Notes under the pieces: generated by a model
Told to the model about the DNA's origin: nothing
Databases searched by the model: none
Seen by the model: the letters and a program-made list of their open reading frames with translations, nothing else
NCBI GenBank assembly: GCA_015063195.1
Contig: SUSX01000001.1
Location: 2,937 to 66,936, forward strand
Source: Thermoplasmata archaeon
GTDB lineage: Archaea; Thermoplasmatota; Thermoplasmata; Methanomassiliicoccales; Methanomethylophilaceae
DNA length: 64,000 nt
Direction: 5' to 3'
Shown: positions 1 through 9,781 of the stretch, piece after piece
How the letters are laid out: every line of letters begins with the position of its first letter
Numbering within the stretch: the stretch's first letter is position 1
Translations under genes and position numbers: made by a program

Positions 1-368
1 CTCCCTATCCTGGTGGTGCAGCAGCTGCCAAGGGTGGGGTTGTTCGCCCATTAAAAGGGATCGTGAGCTGGGTTCAGAACGTCGCGAGACAGTTTTGTTG
101 CTTTTTGATGGAGGTGTAGGTGCCTGACGAGAAGGACCCTTTAGTACGAGAGGAACAGGGGTTCGTCGCCTCTAGTTGATCAGTTGTCTGGCAAGGCATT
201 GCTGAGCAGCCACGCGGCATGTTGATAAGAGCTGAATGCATCTAAGCTCGAAGCAATCTTGAAAAAGAGGCACCCATAGAACGCTTATAAATGATAAGTT
301 TGATAGGAGCGGGATGTAAGTACCGAGGGTTTCCGAGGTATTCAGTCCGCGCTTACTAAAGTTCTTTA
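1..368 (+). rRNA. rrl: 23S (LSU) rRNA, 3'-terminal ~370 nt; the gene continues upstream of the window
   Basis: Conserved domain V/VI strings are present: GAGCTGGGTTCAGAACGTCGCGAGACAG (PTC/A2602 region), sarcin-ricin loop AGTACGAGAGGAAC, and GCATCTAAGC. A terminal helix GCGGGATGTAAGTACCGAGG...CCGCGC is visible. The 3' boundary is approximate. Confidence 0.9.
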
Positions 369-412
369 GACGTCGCTGGGGTGTGGTCTAGCAGTTAAAC
401 AGGTTGCGTATG

Positions 413-450
413 GTGAGTGTCTCATCCCACTCACTCTTTTGATATTTTTT
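413..450 (+). terminator. Hairpin plus T-run downstream of the 23S rRNA
   Basis: GTGAGTG(413-419)/CACTCAC(428-434) form a 7-bp stem with an 8-nt loop, followed by TCTTTTGATATTTTTT. Confidence 0.4.
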
Positions 451-519
451 GTTATTCATTCTATTATTCTATCATTTTGTTCAATCAATGTTATATAGAA
501 TAATTTTTTACAGTCTATT

Positions 520-1170
520 ATGACAATATTGCAGTTGGAACCCGCTTTACTATTCGATTCAAACATATTCTTAATCCTCGGAGATGAGAAGACTGCTTTA
601 ATCGATACTGGTACTGGATTCCAATTGGATTCTACAATAAAGTCTATTGATAAGGGACTTAATGGTCGTTCTTTGGATTATGTCATTCTGACACACCGTC
701 ATTACGATCATATCGGTGGCCTTTCTGGTATTCTTTCCAAATATGGTTCTGAGGCCATGGCTGGTGAATTAGATGCCATTCCACTCCGTGAGGGAGACTC
801 CCAATCAACCATGGGAGTAAGTTTCGGCGGATCTATTCCAAAGATGGATGTTAAAAGTGTAAAAGATGGAGATGTAATAGATCTCGGGGGTCATGTGTTG
901 CGTATAATTGAAACTCCCGGTCACACAGCCGGCAGTATTTGTATTTTTGATGAATCTACATCCACTCTATTTTCCGGAGATTTATTCTTCTTCGATGGTG
1001 TCGGACGTACCGATCTTCCAACAGGCTCTTCCGACGATCTGATTAAATCATTGATCAAACTTAAAAGTCTTAATTTTACAGGCCTTTCCTCTGGTCATGG
1101 GCCAGTGGTTTCAAATAACGGTCCTGTATACCTTCAAAATAGTCTAAGAATGATGGGGGTAAACCAATGA
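520..1170 (+). CDS. MBL-fold metallo-hydrolase
   Basis: HxHxDH motif (THRHYDHIGG) plus downstream TPGHT and a C-terminal GH; 216 aa. Confidence 0.85.
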   Translation: MTILQLEPALLFDSNIFLILGDEKTALIDTGTGFQLDSTIKSIDKGLNGRSLDYVILTHRHYDHIGGLSGILSKYGSEAMAGELDAIPLREGDSQSTMGVSFGGSIPKMDVKSVKDGDVIDLGGHVLRIIETPGHTAGSICIFDESTSTLFSGDLFFFDGVGRTDLPTGSSDDLIKSLIKLKSLNFTGLSSGHGPVVSNNGPVYLQNSLRMMGVNQ

Positions 1171-1799
1171 GGATATTGAAATGTAATTCAGTCCTGGATC
1201 AGGCAACATTGGATGCTATTCAGATTGCTGCCGATGACATACAGGCTGGTGAACTCGTTGTGTATCCAACAGATACAGTGTATGGTATTGGAGCAAATAT
1301 TTTCGACCAGGTTGCGGTAAAGAAACTTTTCGTGGCTAAGAACAGGCCTTTTGATATGCCCTTGTCTGTCGCTGTCGCCGACAAGAATATGGTAGAGCAG
1401 ATTGCTATAATGACTAAACCTGTAGAGAAACTCATAGATGCATTCCTTCCGGGACCACTCACTATCATAACAAAGAAGAATCCCAATGTTCCAGATATCG
1501 TAACATCGATGTCTAACAAGGTAGGAATTCGTATTCCTAATGATCCTTTGGATCTTGAATTGATCAAACGTACGGGCCCTATTGTTGCAACATCTGCCAA
1601 CCTTCATTCCAAACCTGATGCCCTCACAGTCGAGGAGGCTGTTGCAGATTTCGGAGACAAGGTTTCCACCTACCTCGACGAAGGTCCATGCGGAACAGGA
1701 CACCCGTCCACCATCGTTTGGATTTCTGACAATCAGATTGAAATCATAAGACAGGGTGACATTACCAAAAAGCAGATCGAGGATGCTCTTTATGCTTAA
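1167..1799 (+). CDS. L-threonylcarbamoyladenylate synthase, YrdC/TsaC-type (no Sua5 C-terminal domain)
   Basis: YrdC-domain motifs YPTDTVYG, KNRP and TSANLHSKP. 210 aa. ATGA overlap with the upstream gene. Confidence 0.8.
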   Translation: MRILKCNSVLDQATLDAIQIAADDIQAGELVVYPTDTVYGIGANIFDQVAVKKLFVAKNRPFDMPLSVAVADKNMVEQIAIMTKPVEKLIDAFLPGPLTIITKKNPNVPDIVTSMSNKVGIRIPNDPLDLELIKRTGPIVATSANLHSKPDALTVEEAVADFGDKVSTYLDEGPCGTGHPSTIVWISDNQIEIIRQGDITKKQIEDALYA

Positions 1800-2685
1800 T
1801 TCAGATCAGCTTGAAAAATTGAAGAAAGCAGGTCGTGTTTCAGCTGAAGCAAGAGATCTGGGTCTTTCTATGGTTGCCGAAGGCGTCAAGCTTTTTGATG
1901 TGGCAGAGGAGGTAGAGAGTTACATCAAATCCCACGGATGTAAACTTGCATTCCCGTGCAATATCAGTATTAATGAGGTTGCTGCACACTACACACCATC
2001 TCCTGATGACAAATCAGTATTTGATTTCGGAGATGTTGTCAAGGTTGATTGCGGAGCACACATCGATGGATTTGTCGGAGACACAGCAGGGACTGTCGAA
2101 GTAGGATCCAATAGATTCCGTGATCTTATTGAGGCTTCTAAGGACGCAAGGGATTCTGTCATGGAATTCATCGGAGAGGGTTGTGTAATCAATGAGATTG
2201 GAAAGGTAGTAGACATGACCATCCGCAGCAGAGGTTTCGTACCCATCAGGAACCTTACCGGTCACGAGATTCAGCCTTACAACCTACATGCAGGATTGGC
2301 TATCCCGAACTACGATGATGGTAACACAGATAAGCTGCAGGCAGGTATGATTATTGCCTGCGAACCTTTTGCTACTAACGGTGAAGGCCTCATAGAATCC
2401 GGACGTCCTGGAAACATTTGCCGTCTTGTGAGAGCAGATAAACCTCTCAAGGAACCAGCTTTACAGGAATTCCTGGATTATATTAAAGAGGAATTCTCTA
2501 CATTCCCGTTCTGTGCCAGAAGCTGTGATTGGCCTAAAGCTAACCTTCTGTTGAATAAACTCGTACGTCAGGGTGTAGCATCGAGTTATGCGATACTCAA
2601 TGAGGTTAAGGGCGGTTGTGTCACTCAGTCTGAACATACAGTATATATTGCTGGAAACAAGGGCGAGATCACAACAATCTATTGA
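1792..2685 (+). CDS. map: Methionine aminopeptidase, type II
   Basis: AHYTP, DxG...D metal ligands, LTGHEI and ACEPF motifs. ATG at 1792 is preferred over the ORF-track start at 1756, which lies inside the upstream gene. Confidence 0.85.
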   Translation: MLNSDQLEKLKKAGRVSAEARDLGLSMVAEGVKLFDVAEEVESYIKSHGCKLAFPCNISINEVAAHYTPSPDDKSVFDFGDVVKVDCGAHIDGFVGDTAGTVEVGSNRFRDLIEASKDARDSVMEFIGEGCVINEIGKVVDMTIRSRGFVPIRNLTGHEIQPYNLHAGLAIPNYDDGNTDKLQAGMIIACEPFATNGEGLIESGRPGNICRLVRADKPLKEPALQEFLDYIKEEFSTFPFCARSCDWPKANLLLNKLVRQGVASSYAILNEVKGGCVTQSEHTVYIAGNKGEITTIY

Positions 2686-2730
2686 AAATCATATAATTCA
2701 TTGCTGGGAGACATAGTCTCCGAGCAATAC

Positions 2731-2739
2731 TTTTATTAA
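2731..2739 (+). promoter_or_regulatory. TATA-like box upstream of tRNA-Leu(CAA)
   Basis: TTTTATTAA lies ~25-33 nt upstream of the tRNA 5' end. The same spacing is seen at the other RNA genes in the window. Confidence 0.4.
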
Positions 2740-2763
2740 CATCTCGGGTTTACCGAGGATTAA

Positions 2764-2848
2764 GCCGAAGTTGCCAAGCCTGGTCAAAGGCGACAGACTC
2801 AAGATCTGTTCTCGTAGGAGTTCACCGGTTCGAATCCGGTCTTCGGCA
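2764..2848 (+). tRNA. tRNA-Leu (anticodon CAA)
   Basis: Acceptor GCCGAAG/CTTCGGC, anticodon stem ACAGA/TCTGT with loop CTCAAGA, long variable arm, T-loop GGTTCGAATCC. CCA is not encoded. Confidence 0.85.
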
Positions 2849-2900
2849 CTCATTCATCTTTTCGATCGGACCATTGTTTGATTGTCTTGTACGCGCGCGT

Positions 2901-2912
2901 TTTTATAATATA
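2901..2912 (+). promoter_or_regulatory. TATA box of the uS13-uS4-uS11-rpoD operon, preceded by (CG)4
   Basis: ACGCGCGCG(2891-2899) followed by TTTTATAATATA. This implies a ~125-nt leader before the ATG at 3060. Confidence 0.4.
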
Positions 2913-3059
2913 GGTTGCGCAAAGCTTTAAGAATGATAAGGTAATCCGACTCTTTACGTAAACTCAGGACCCGCTTTATTAAGCGAAAATTGAGAGTGAA
3001 AGCCACGGCGGACACTTGAGCACTTCCCCCATGGGAGGAACATTTACGGAGGAATTAAA

Positions 3060-3536
3060 ATGGCAAAGAAAGACAACCAGCCTAAGCCCGTCGAGGACGA
3101 TGACTTCAACTTCATCGTTCGTATCGCAAACAGCGATATCGACGGTCAGAAGAGGACCGTCATTGGTCTTCAGAGCATCAAAGGTGTCGGAAAGAGGGTT
3201 GCAGACATTATTGCAAAGAGAGCAAACATCGACCCTTCAGTGAAGATCGGTTCACTTTCCGACGAGAAAGTTGCAGAACTCGAGAAACTCGTCACAACAT
3301 ATGTCGAGTACGCACCCGAGTGGGCAATCAACAGGCAGAACGATTACGAGACAGGTAACGACATGCACCTTCTTGGAAACGATCTTGATCTCATCCAGAA
3401 GGATGACGTTAACAGAATGAAGATGATCCGCTGTTACCGCGGAATCAGGCATGAAACCCGCCACAAGGTCAGGGGTCAGAGGACAAGGTCCAACGGACGC
3501 CGCGGTCTTACAATGGGAGTCAGCAAGAAGAAATAA
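3060..3536 (+). CDS. rps13: 30S ribosomal protein uS13
   Basis: Typical archaeal S13 sequence (IVRIANSDIDGQK..., CYRGIRH..G..VRGQRT) and conserved operon position. Confidence 0.95.
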   Translation: MAKKDNQPKPVEDDDFNFIVRIANSDIDGQKRTVIGLQSIKGVGKRVADIIAKRANIDPSVKIGSLSDEKVAELEKLVTTYVEYAPEWAINRQNDYETGNDMHLLGNDLDLIQKDDVNRMKMIRCYRGIRHETRHKVRGQRTRSNGRRGLTMGVSKKK

Positions 3537-3546
3537 GGTGGTTTGA

Positions 3547-4173
3547 ATGGGAGATCCTAAATTTTCACGCAGATCATATGATACACCTTCACACCCCTGG
3601 CAGGGAGAGAGGATCAAAGCAGAACTCGTTCTCGTCAACCAGTACGGACTTAAGAACAAGACAGAAGTTTGGAAAGCACAGTCCGTTCTGAGGAACTTCA
3701 GGAAGCAGGCAAGAGAGCTTCAGGCACGCCTCAGGGGAGGAGATGCACAGGCAAAGAAAGAGTCAGATGCACTCCTTGGAAAGTGCGGACGCATGGGAGT
3801 TCTTCCTATTGAGGGAGCAACACTCAACGATATTCTCGCACTCAACGAAGAGAACATTCTCGGACGCAGGCTTCAGACACTCGTTTTCGAGAAAGGAATG
3901 GCATCAACAATCGGACAGGCAAGGCAGATGATCGTTCACGGACACATCTTCATGAACGGACACAAAGTCACAGTCCCCGGTTACATCGTCACAAGGAAAG
4001 AGGAGTCCTCAATCGAGTACAACCCTGCATCACCCTTCACCGACGAGATGCACCCTATGAGGATCACAGCAGAGCAGGCAGCAGCAAACCTTGCAGCCAA
4101 ACTCGCAGCTGAGAAAGTCGAGAAAGCAGCAGAAGAGGTTTCCGAAGAGGAGCCCGTTGACCAGGAGGAGTAA
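3547..4173 (+). CDS. rps4: 30S ribosomal protein uS4
   Basis: [19 protein letters not shown]-terminus and S4 RNA-binding domain (RRLQTLVF...[10 protein letters not shown]). Confidence 0.95.
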   Translation: MGDPKFSRRSYDTPSHPWQGERIKAELVLVNQYGLKNKTEVWKAQSVLRNFRKQARELQARLRGGDAQAKKESDALLGKCGRMGVLPIEGATLNDILALNEENILGRRLQTLVFEKGMASTIGQARQMIVHGHIFMNGHKVTVPGYIVTRKEESSIEYNPASPFTDEMHPMRITAEQAAANLAAKLAAEKVEKAAEEVSEEEPVDQEE

Positions 4174-4175
4174 TT

Positions 4176-4565
4176 ATGGCAACACCTAAGTGGGGAATCG
4201 CTAACATCTACGCAAGTTACAACAACATCATGATTACCCTTACAGACATCACCGGAGCAGAGACAATCACAAAAGCCACAGGTGGAATGGTTGTTAAGCA
4301 GGCAAAGGATGAGTCTTCACCCTATGCAGCTCAGAGAGCAGCAGAGAAGGTCGCAGATGTTGCTAAAGAGAGGGACTTCGTTGGAATCCACGTTAGGGTA
4401 CGTGCACCCGGAGGAAACAAGTCCACATCACCCGGTCCTGGAGCACAGGCAGCAATCCGTGCACTCACAAGGGCTGGACTCAAAATCGGTCGCATCGAGG
4501 ATGTGACACCTGTACCTCACGACGGTACAAAGAAGAAAGGCGGACGCAGAGGACGTAGGGTCTGA
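4176..4565 (+). CDS. rps11: 30S ribosomal protein uS11
   Basis: [18 protein letters not shown]..., [28 protein letters not shown]. Confidence 0.95.
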   Translation: MATPKWGIANIYASYNNIMITLTDITGAETITKATGGMVVKQAKDESSPYAAQRAAEKVADVAKERDFVGIHVRVRAPGGNKSTSPGPGAQAAIRALTRAGLKIGRIEDVTPVPHDGTKKKGGRRGRRV

Positions 4566-4577
4566 GGAGGTCTGACT

Positions 4578-5399
4578 ATGGACATAGAGATACTCGAAAT
4601 GGCAGAAAGAAAGTGTAAGTTCATACTTAAGAATTCCACACCTGCCATGGCTAATGCACTCAGAAGAACAATGATTTCCGATATACCAAAGATGGCAATT
4701 GACAAGGTGGAGTTCCACCTTGGACCCATTGACGTCGACGGAAGGGAATTCGAGAGTATTACGCCCCTGTTCGATGAGATCATTGCCCACAGACTGGGTA
4801 TGGTTCCCGTACCCACAGATCTGGAACTCTTCACTTTCCAGAACCAGTGCCATTGTGGCGGAGAGGGTTGTCCCAGCTGTAACATCATGTACAGTCTGAA
4901 CAAGAACGGACCGTGCACTGTATATTCCGGTGACATGGAACCCCTCGGTTCGCCCGACCTCAAGGTGAAGGATGATTTCATCCCAATCGTTGAGTTGGCA
5001 GACGGACAGTCCGTACTTATCTATGCACATGCTGTGATGGGTACTGCAAGGACTCACGTTAAGTGGCAGGTAGCCAATGGTGTAGGGTACAAGTACATGC
5101 CCATAATCACCATCGGTGACAGCACACCTAATGCTGAGGAAGCAGTCGCAGCCTGTCCCAAGAAAGTCTTGGAGATCGAAGGAGGAAACCTTGTTGCAAA
5201 ACGTCCTCTCGATTGTATCATGTGCCGTGCATGCAGTGAATGCACAAACGGCGGTGTGAAGATCGATTCAGACGATACAGCATTCGTTTTCAAATTCGAG
5301 ACAGACGGTTCACTCACAGCTCAGCAGGTTCTCGATAAAGCAGCCGAAATCCTTTCCGTTAACGCAAAGGAATTCGGAGAAGCTGTTGCAAACTTGTAA
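4578..5399 (+). CDS. rpoD: DNA-directed RNA polymerase subunit D (Rpo3) with a Cys-rich (ferredoxin-like) insertion
   Basis: ANALRR..IS..P motif, operon position after uS11, and Cys clusters CHCGGEGCPSC and CPKK...CIMCRACSEC. Confidence 0.9.
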   Translation: MDIEILEMAERKCKFILKNSTPAMANALRRTMISDIPKMAIDKVEFHLGPIDVDGREFESITPLFDEIIAHRLGMVPVPTDLELFTFQNQCHCGGEGCPSCNIMYSLNKNGPCTVYSGDMEPLGSPDLKVKDDFIPIVELADGQSVLIYAHAVMGTARTHVKWQVANGVGYKYMPIITIGDSTPNAEEAVAACPKKVLEIEGGNLVAKRPLDCIMCRACSECTNGGVKIDSDDTAFVFKFETDGSLTAQQVLDKAAEILSVNAKEFGEAVANL

Positions 5400-5406
5400 A
5401 CTCAAT

Positions 5407-5424
5407 AGGCGGGATTTCCCGCCT
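5407..5424. terminator. Bidirectional hairpin between convergent rpoD and PolD genes
   Basis: AGGCGGG-ATTT-CCCGCCT is a perfect 7-bp stem, followed by TATTAA. Confidence 0.5.
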
Positions 5425-5442
5425 TATTAACTTGTGAAGGTA

Positions 5443-8400
5443 TCAGAAGAAATCTGATAATTTACATTTCCTGACTTTGTCATTGTTGAACATAGAATCC
5501 ATTCCCATTTCAAGGATTGTGATCCTTTCTTTGGTGTATTGGGATAGTTCATATTTCTCACTGATTTCTTTCGAAACTCCGAGATATTTCTTTACGCTCG
5601 CTTCGTGTACGGTTAGTGTAAGTTTGTTACCGCATGAACATTTTCCGGACAGCGGGATTCTTCTGTACTTAGTTCCACATTTTACACACCTAACTGTCTG
5701 AGCGGAGAAACTCCTCAGATTTCCTGCCATATCCGGCATAAAGTGTTTGTCAATGACTCTTGTGGCCACATCTTTTTCGTCTACAGCACGGATTTTCTTA
5801 CCCAAAAGTAACTGGGCATCCATCTTATCCATCATTGTTTCCAAGGTTGTGTATGCAGAGTGTTTCGGACCTTCAGAAATGTCATGGGTATTGTGAGTGA
5901 ATCCCAGCCCCTCATATTGTCCTTCAGTGCCTATACGCCCTGATATGAGGTCCATAATCTTCTCAACATCTTTAGTGTCTTTCAGCTGCATTGCAGCTTC
6001 GTAGAACTCTAGAGGATATTTTCTGAGACAGTCGATGTTATGTGCTTCTTTATCAATCTCGTTCGGATCCAATCTGGTTGTAAGAACGAGAGGAGCATCC
6101 ATTTGACCTCCCCTTCTGTCAGGAAGGTAGACTCTTGAGAAGTTCAGTAATCCGTCCATGAGGAGCATGATGCAGTCTTCATCACCGTCGCAGTTCCTTC
6201 TTTTTGATGCATGGAAGAATGGGTGAGCGAAACCCCCGCTCGCCGTTGTGTAACCTATGATTCTGCACAGGATACCTCCGGATGTGTGAGGTGCAAGTCC
6301 GATTCCCAGGTGGCCTATCAGGTCCTCTCTTTTTTCAACATTGTAGAATCTTTCCAATCCATAGAACTTTTCTAACAGATGATCGAGGAAGTTTGCAACT
6401 CTTACGAGGTAATCTCCACAATCTACGTTAGGGATGAAGTCCTGAACCTTGAGCTCACACATCTGATTGGCATCCACTAGTGGTTTTCCGTCCATATCAT
6501 GAACATATCCCAGTTCATGTGCTTTTTCGACTGTGAGGCCTATTTCTATGGGTTTGAAATGTGTCAGCGGAATGTCCGTCATATCAAAACGGATAGTTCC
6601 GTCTTTGTATGTTCCAAGGTCGTAATACTGACGAAGAATCGCCTTTTCCAGTGCCTCTGGAACCTTGTTCTTGGAGGTAAGTTTCTCCATCACTTTGACA
6701 TATGGTGGTTTTGGGACACCGATCAGTTTCAGGGAATCATCGAGTTCTTTAGCAAGATCCACAGGCATCTCACTTCTAAAACTGTCGGAAGGTATGCCGA
6801 CTGTATGGGTGTCACAGTCTCTGCACCATGCCCTGTATGTTTCGGTTCTGCACACGGGACATACTCTCTTGCTGAGGTCGGCGGAATAAGTTTTGGTTCC
6901 GCCGTGCGTCTGCGATGCCTTGTATTTTACCTCATCAATTCTGGATATGACATCTTTATTGTTACTGTGTGTCGGGAACAGTCCGTGGATGACAGGTGCC
7001 CCTTTACGATCCTTGGCTTTCTCAGGTCTTGCCATCCTGGTACCGATACGTGTCATAGCTCTTGCTCTGACCTCGATTCCCAGTGCCTTGGATATAGCAT
7101 CGAGGGTGTTTTCTCCGTCAAAATCCCCTCCTGTCATTTTTCCGTTGTTTATCTGTAATCCAAGACAGTCCGTGATGGGTTTGGCATATTTCTGATCTAT
7201 CAGAATATTTCCGTTTCTGAGAAGATGGAGTGCACCAAGATCTTCCAGAATTCTTTTGATTGTAGGTTCGTTCGGAACGATCAGTGTGTCTTCAAAAGAA
7301 CAATCTGAAATTATGTATTCTCTAAGTTTCTTAATTCTTTCCAATTCCACATCCGACCAGAAAAGGTTGTAGTCGGGATGCATTGGCACTCTCAGTTCTC
7401 TGGAAATCTCCTTGCTTCTTTCCCACGATGGGTGCTCCCAATCATCCGGAACGCTTCCTGCCTTCTCCAGTTCAAGTTTGTGCCACTCTATCGGATATCC
7501 ACAGGGAACAAGATAATGGTTATTTTCACAGAACTCTCCGAAAGGTACGAGGATTTCTCCTGTATCTGTTATCTCATGGATATCTGCTCTGTACTTTATG
7601 GCATCTTCTTTGGTCTGACACTGGACGAGATCTCCGTTCTTCAGCAAAAGGATCGGCCCGTCCAATTCATCGCAGGGGGTGACAATACACGCCTTACCCG
7701 GACGTTCGATTTTAATCTGGGTCCCTAAAGCGGGAAACTCATCAAGTGCATACATGCTGGCGGGACTGAATGCCAGAGATGCCAATCCGCTGGTTCTGGC
7801 CCTTCCGTACCTAAGTCTGAATCCTCCTACTTTACACGGATGTCCAAAGATGGGTCTTCCCGCAACGATGTCCTTGAGGTATTTTTCAGCAGGTTTTACA
7901 GTTCTTACTGAATCTTCTGAACTGGCAACTCCTGCGCCCTTTTCTTCAAGGTATTTGTCCATAAACTCCCAACCTTCAAGTTTCAGGTTTTTGACGTGTT
8001 TCTGTAGTTTGGAAGCTTTTTGACACATACCTTCGGCAATAACGAGACATGCTCCGCCTCTGACCTGGTTTGTCTTGATACGCGGAAGGTCTCTGAATCC
8101 TGAGATTTCCATCCTTTCGGTTCCTTCTCCGTCTACGCAGATAGGGCATGATCCGACAATCAGTTGAATCTCATGGGGTGACGGTGAATATTGGATATGC
8201 TGACATTGCTTGTACAGTGGAATTTCTTCGATAAATCTGTCAATTTCTGCAGACGTCGGAATGTACTTTCCGATTCCGAGTTCCACTCTGACCACATCCG
8301 CGATAAGAACGCTCATTGCCTGTGCGGTTCCTCCTGCTGCACGGATGGGCCCTGCAAAAACAAGGTCCACATATTCCGATCCGTCGGCATTCATACCTAT

Positions 8401-8790
8401 TTTGGTTTCTGCCAATCCTTCAAGCGGTGCAACAAGGATTCCCTCGGTAAGAACTGCAAGACCGACACGGATGGCAGTATCCAATGCTTTTTCCCTGTTG
8501 CCCGTGGACCTTCTGGCCATAGCTTTGGCGGACATGAGTGAGACGAGTTCTCTGTTCTTGTACTCGTCGGTCAGTTTCCTGATTTCTTCTGCAATACCCT
8601 GGACTTCATAGTCGCTCAGAAGTTTCTCCACTCTGGATGCAAGATCCTCTGCCTGAGGAATTTCCACTTTTGTTTCCGGATCTCTGCCCTTGGAACGTGC
8701 CTGGTTGGCAATCTCGTAACATCTGTTATTGTCTGAAGCGAGTTTCTGGAAATACTCTTCCATTTCCTTGCTGAAGACTACCTTAGGCAT
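5443..8790 (-). CDS. polC: DNA polymerase II (PolD) large subunit DP2
   Basis: 1115 aa. Catalytic KRRNCDGDEDC motif, internal Zn module CPVCRTETYRAWCRDCD, C-terminal Zn finger CVKCGTKYRR...CSCG. No intein-sized insertion. Confidence 0.95.
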   Translation of the reverse strand: MPKVVFSKEMEEYFQKLASDNNRCYEIANQARSKGRDPETKVEIPQAEDLASRVEKLLSDYEVQGIAEEIRKLTDEYKNRELVSLMSAKAMARRSTGNREKALDTAIRVGLAVLTEGILVAPLEGLAETKIGMNADGSEYVDLVFAGPIRAAGGTAQAMSVLIADVVRVELGIGKYIPTSAEIDRFIEEIPLYKQCQHIQYSPSPHEIQLIVGSCPICVDGEGTERMEISGFRDLPRIKTNQVRGGACLVIAEGMCQKASKLQKHVKNLKLEGWEFMDKYLEEKGAGVASSEDSVRTVKPAEKYLKDIVAGRPIFGHPCKVGGFRLRYGRARTSGLASLAFSPASMYALDEFPALGTQIKIERPGKACIVTPCDELDGPILLLKNGDLVQCQTKEDAIKYRADIHEITDTGEILVPFGEFCENNHYLVPCGYPIEWHKLELEKAGSVPDDWEHPSWERSKEISRELRVPMHPDYNLFWSDVELERIKKLREYIISDCSFEDTLIVPNEPTIKRILEDLGALHLLRNGNILIDQKYAKPITDCLGLQINNGKMTGGDFDGENTLDAISKALGIEVRARAMTRIGTRMARPEKAKDRKGAPVIHGLFPTHSNNKDVISRIDEVKYKASQTHGGTKTYSADLSKRVCPVCRTETYRAWCRDCDTHTVGIPSDSFRSEMPVDLAKELDDSLKLIGVPKPPYVKVMEKLTSKNKVPEALEKAILRQYYDLGTYKDGTIRFDMTDIPLTHFKPIEIGLTVEKAHELGYVHDMDGKPLVDANQMCELKVQDFIPNVDCGDYLVRVANFLDHLLEKFYGLERFYNVEKREDLIGHLGIGLAPHTSGGILCRIIGYTTASGGFAHPFFHASKRRNCDGDEDCIMLLMDGLLNFSRVYLPDRRGGQMDAPLVLTTRLDPNEIDKEAHNIDCLRKYPLEFYEAAMQLKDTKDVEKIMDLISGRIGTEGQYEGLGFTHNTHDISEGPKHSAYTTLETMMDKMDAQLLLGKKIRAVDEKDVATRVIDKHFMPDMAGNLRSFSAQTVRCVKCGTKYRRIPLSGKCSCGNKLTLTVHEASVKKYLGVSKEISEKYELSQYTKERITILEMGMDSMFNNDKVRKCKLSDFF

Positions 8791-9781
8791 CTTCTTCCTC
8801 GTCCTCTGGGAATTCTACGTTCTTCAGATGGCGGATGATTTCTGCGCGGAGTGTTTCCACATTATCACCTGTAGCAGCTGAGAAACAGATGCGGTCGGGA
8901 TTACCGGTGCGCATGATATCGTTCTTACTCTCCGCTACAATGATCGGAACTCCCGGGAATCCGTTCTCGACGGATTTGAGAAGTGCAAGCTGTTTTTCCA
9001 TGGAGTATCCACAGGTCTCCGAAGGATCCAATACGATGAGGATGACATGTGTGAGATATTTCAGAGCAAGGATTGCCTGTTTTTCAATATCATTACGCTC
9101 GGAGAGTTCCCTGTCGAGGAGTCCGGGGGTGTCGATTATCTGATATTTCCTCCATCCGTCTTCGATATGTCCGATGATGATTCCTTTGGTTGTGAAAGGA
9201 TAGGGTGCAATCTCCGGTGCAGCCGTACTGAGTACGGTGACAAGATTACTTTTACCTACATTCGGGAATCCTGCAACAACGACCGTGGCAACGTTGGATT
9301 CAATCGAGGGAAGGTTTCTGAATTTGTTCTTGGCTTCCTGAAGGAAGAGGAGATCTGATGAAATCTGTTTGATAAAGGATGATGCTCTTCCGTAGAACTG
9401 GTTCTTTACAGATTCGATGATTTCCGGATCCTTGGAACGTCTGATGTTTCTGAGGGATTCGTTCTTGAGTTTCTCGATGCGGGCAGATGTCCAGTTCAAA
9501 GCACCCAATGACTTCTTATAATCGTCAATGCCGATGACCAAATCTACCAACTCAGGAAGGAAGTCCTCATCCTTCTCGATCCTGGGGAAACTGTTGACGT
9601 ATCCGTCCAATGTATCTTTGATGATGTCACCGGAAGCTGTTATTTTGGCCAAAGTAGTCTTTTTCTTTGCATCTAGGAAGTTGACGCCTGAAACAGATAT
9701 TTTTGATGCTCTGTGAAACGCCTTGTCCATTAATTCTTCCGATGAAAGTACAGTTGGGATTTTGTAAGTTCTTTTGGCCAT
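8783..9781 (-). CDS. NOG1-family GTP-binding protein
   Basis: G1 GFPNVGKS, G3 DTPG, G4 ESKND, and an N-terminal NOG1-like helical region. It overlaps the PolD start by 8 nt. Confidence 0.8.
   Translation of the reverse strand: MAKRTYKIPTVLSSEELMDKAFHRASKISVSGVNFLDAKKKTTLAKITASGDIIKDTLDGYVNSFPRIEKDEDFLPELVDLVIGIDDYKKSLGALNWTSARIEKLKNESLRNIRRSKDPEIIESVKNQFYGRASSFIKQISSDLLFLQEAKNKFRNLPSIESNVATVVVAGFPNVGKSNLVTVLSTAAPEIAPYPFTTKGIIIGHIEDGWRKYQIIDTPGLLDRELSERNDIEKQAILALKYLTHVILIVLDPSETCGYSMEKQLALLKSVENGFPGVPIIVAESKNDIMRTGNPDRICFSAATGDNVETLRAEIIRHLKNVEFPEDEEEDA

Noticed and set aside
369-519. 5S rRNA or a tRNA immediately downstream of the 23S rRNA.
   Set aside because: The 150-nt gap contains only a processing-stem-like segment, one hairpin and T-runs. 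No 5S-like helices or tRNA cloverleaf are present.
3016-3243. A 75-aa ORF overlapping the uS13 start as a possible leader peptide.
   Set aside because: It is out of frame with, and largely inside, uS13. The composition is S/T-rich, and no RBS is present.
6499-7158. Long ORFs antisense to, or out of frame with, confident genes. Examples: 6499-7158(+), 4428-5057(-), 26602-27249(-), 27714-28250(-), 38673-39374(+), 45260-45769(+), 56581-57276(+), 62105-62650(+), and 1188-1703(-).
   Set aside because: - Each lies wholly inside a gene with strong family motifs.
- Their translations are low-complexity (S/T/R/H/C-rich) with no motifs.
- They are the expected by-product of stop-poor alternative frames in biased coding sequence.
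5443-8790. An intein or programmed frameshift in the PolD large subunit.
   Set aside because: It is a single uninterrupted 1115-aa frame of normal DP2 length, with no Hint/homing-endonuclease blocks.
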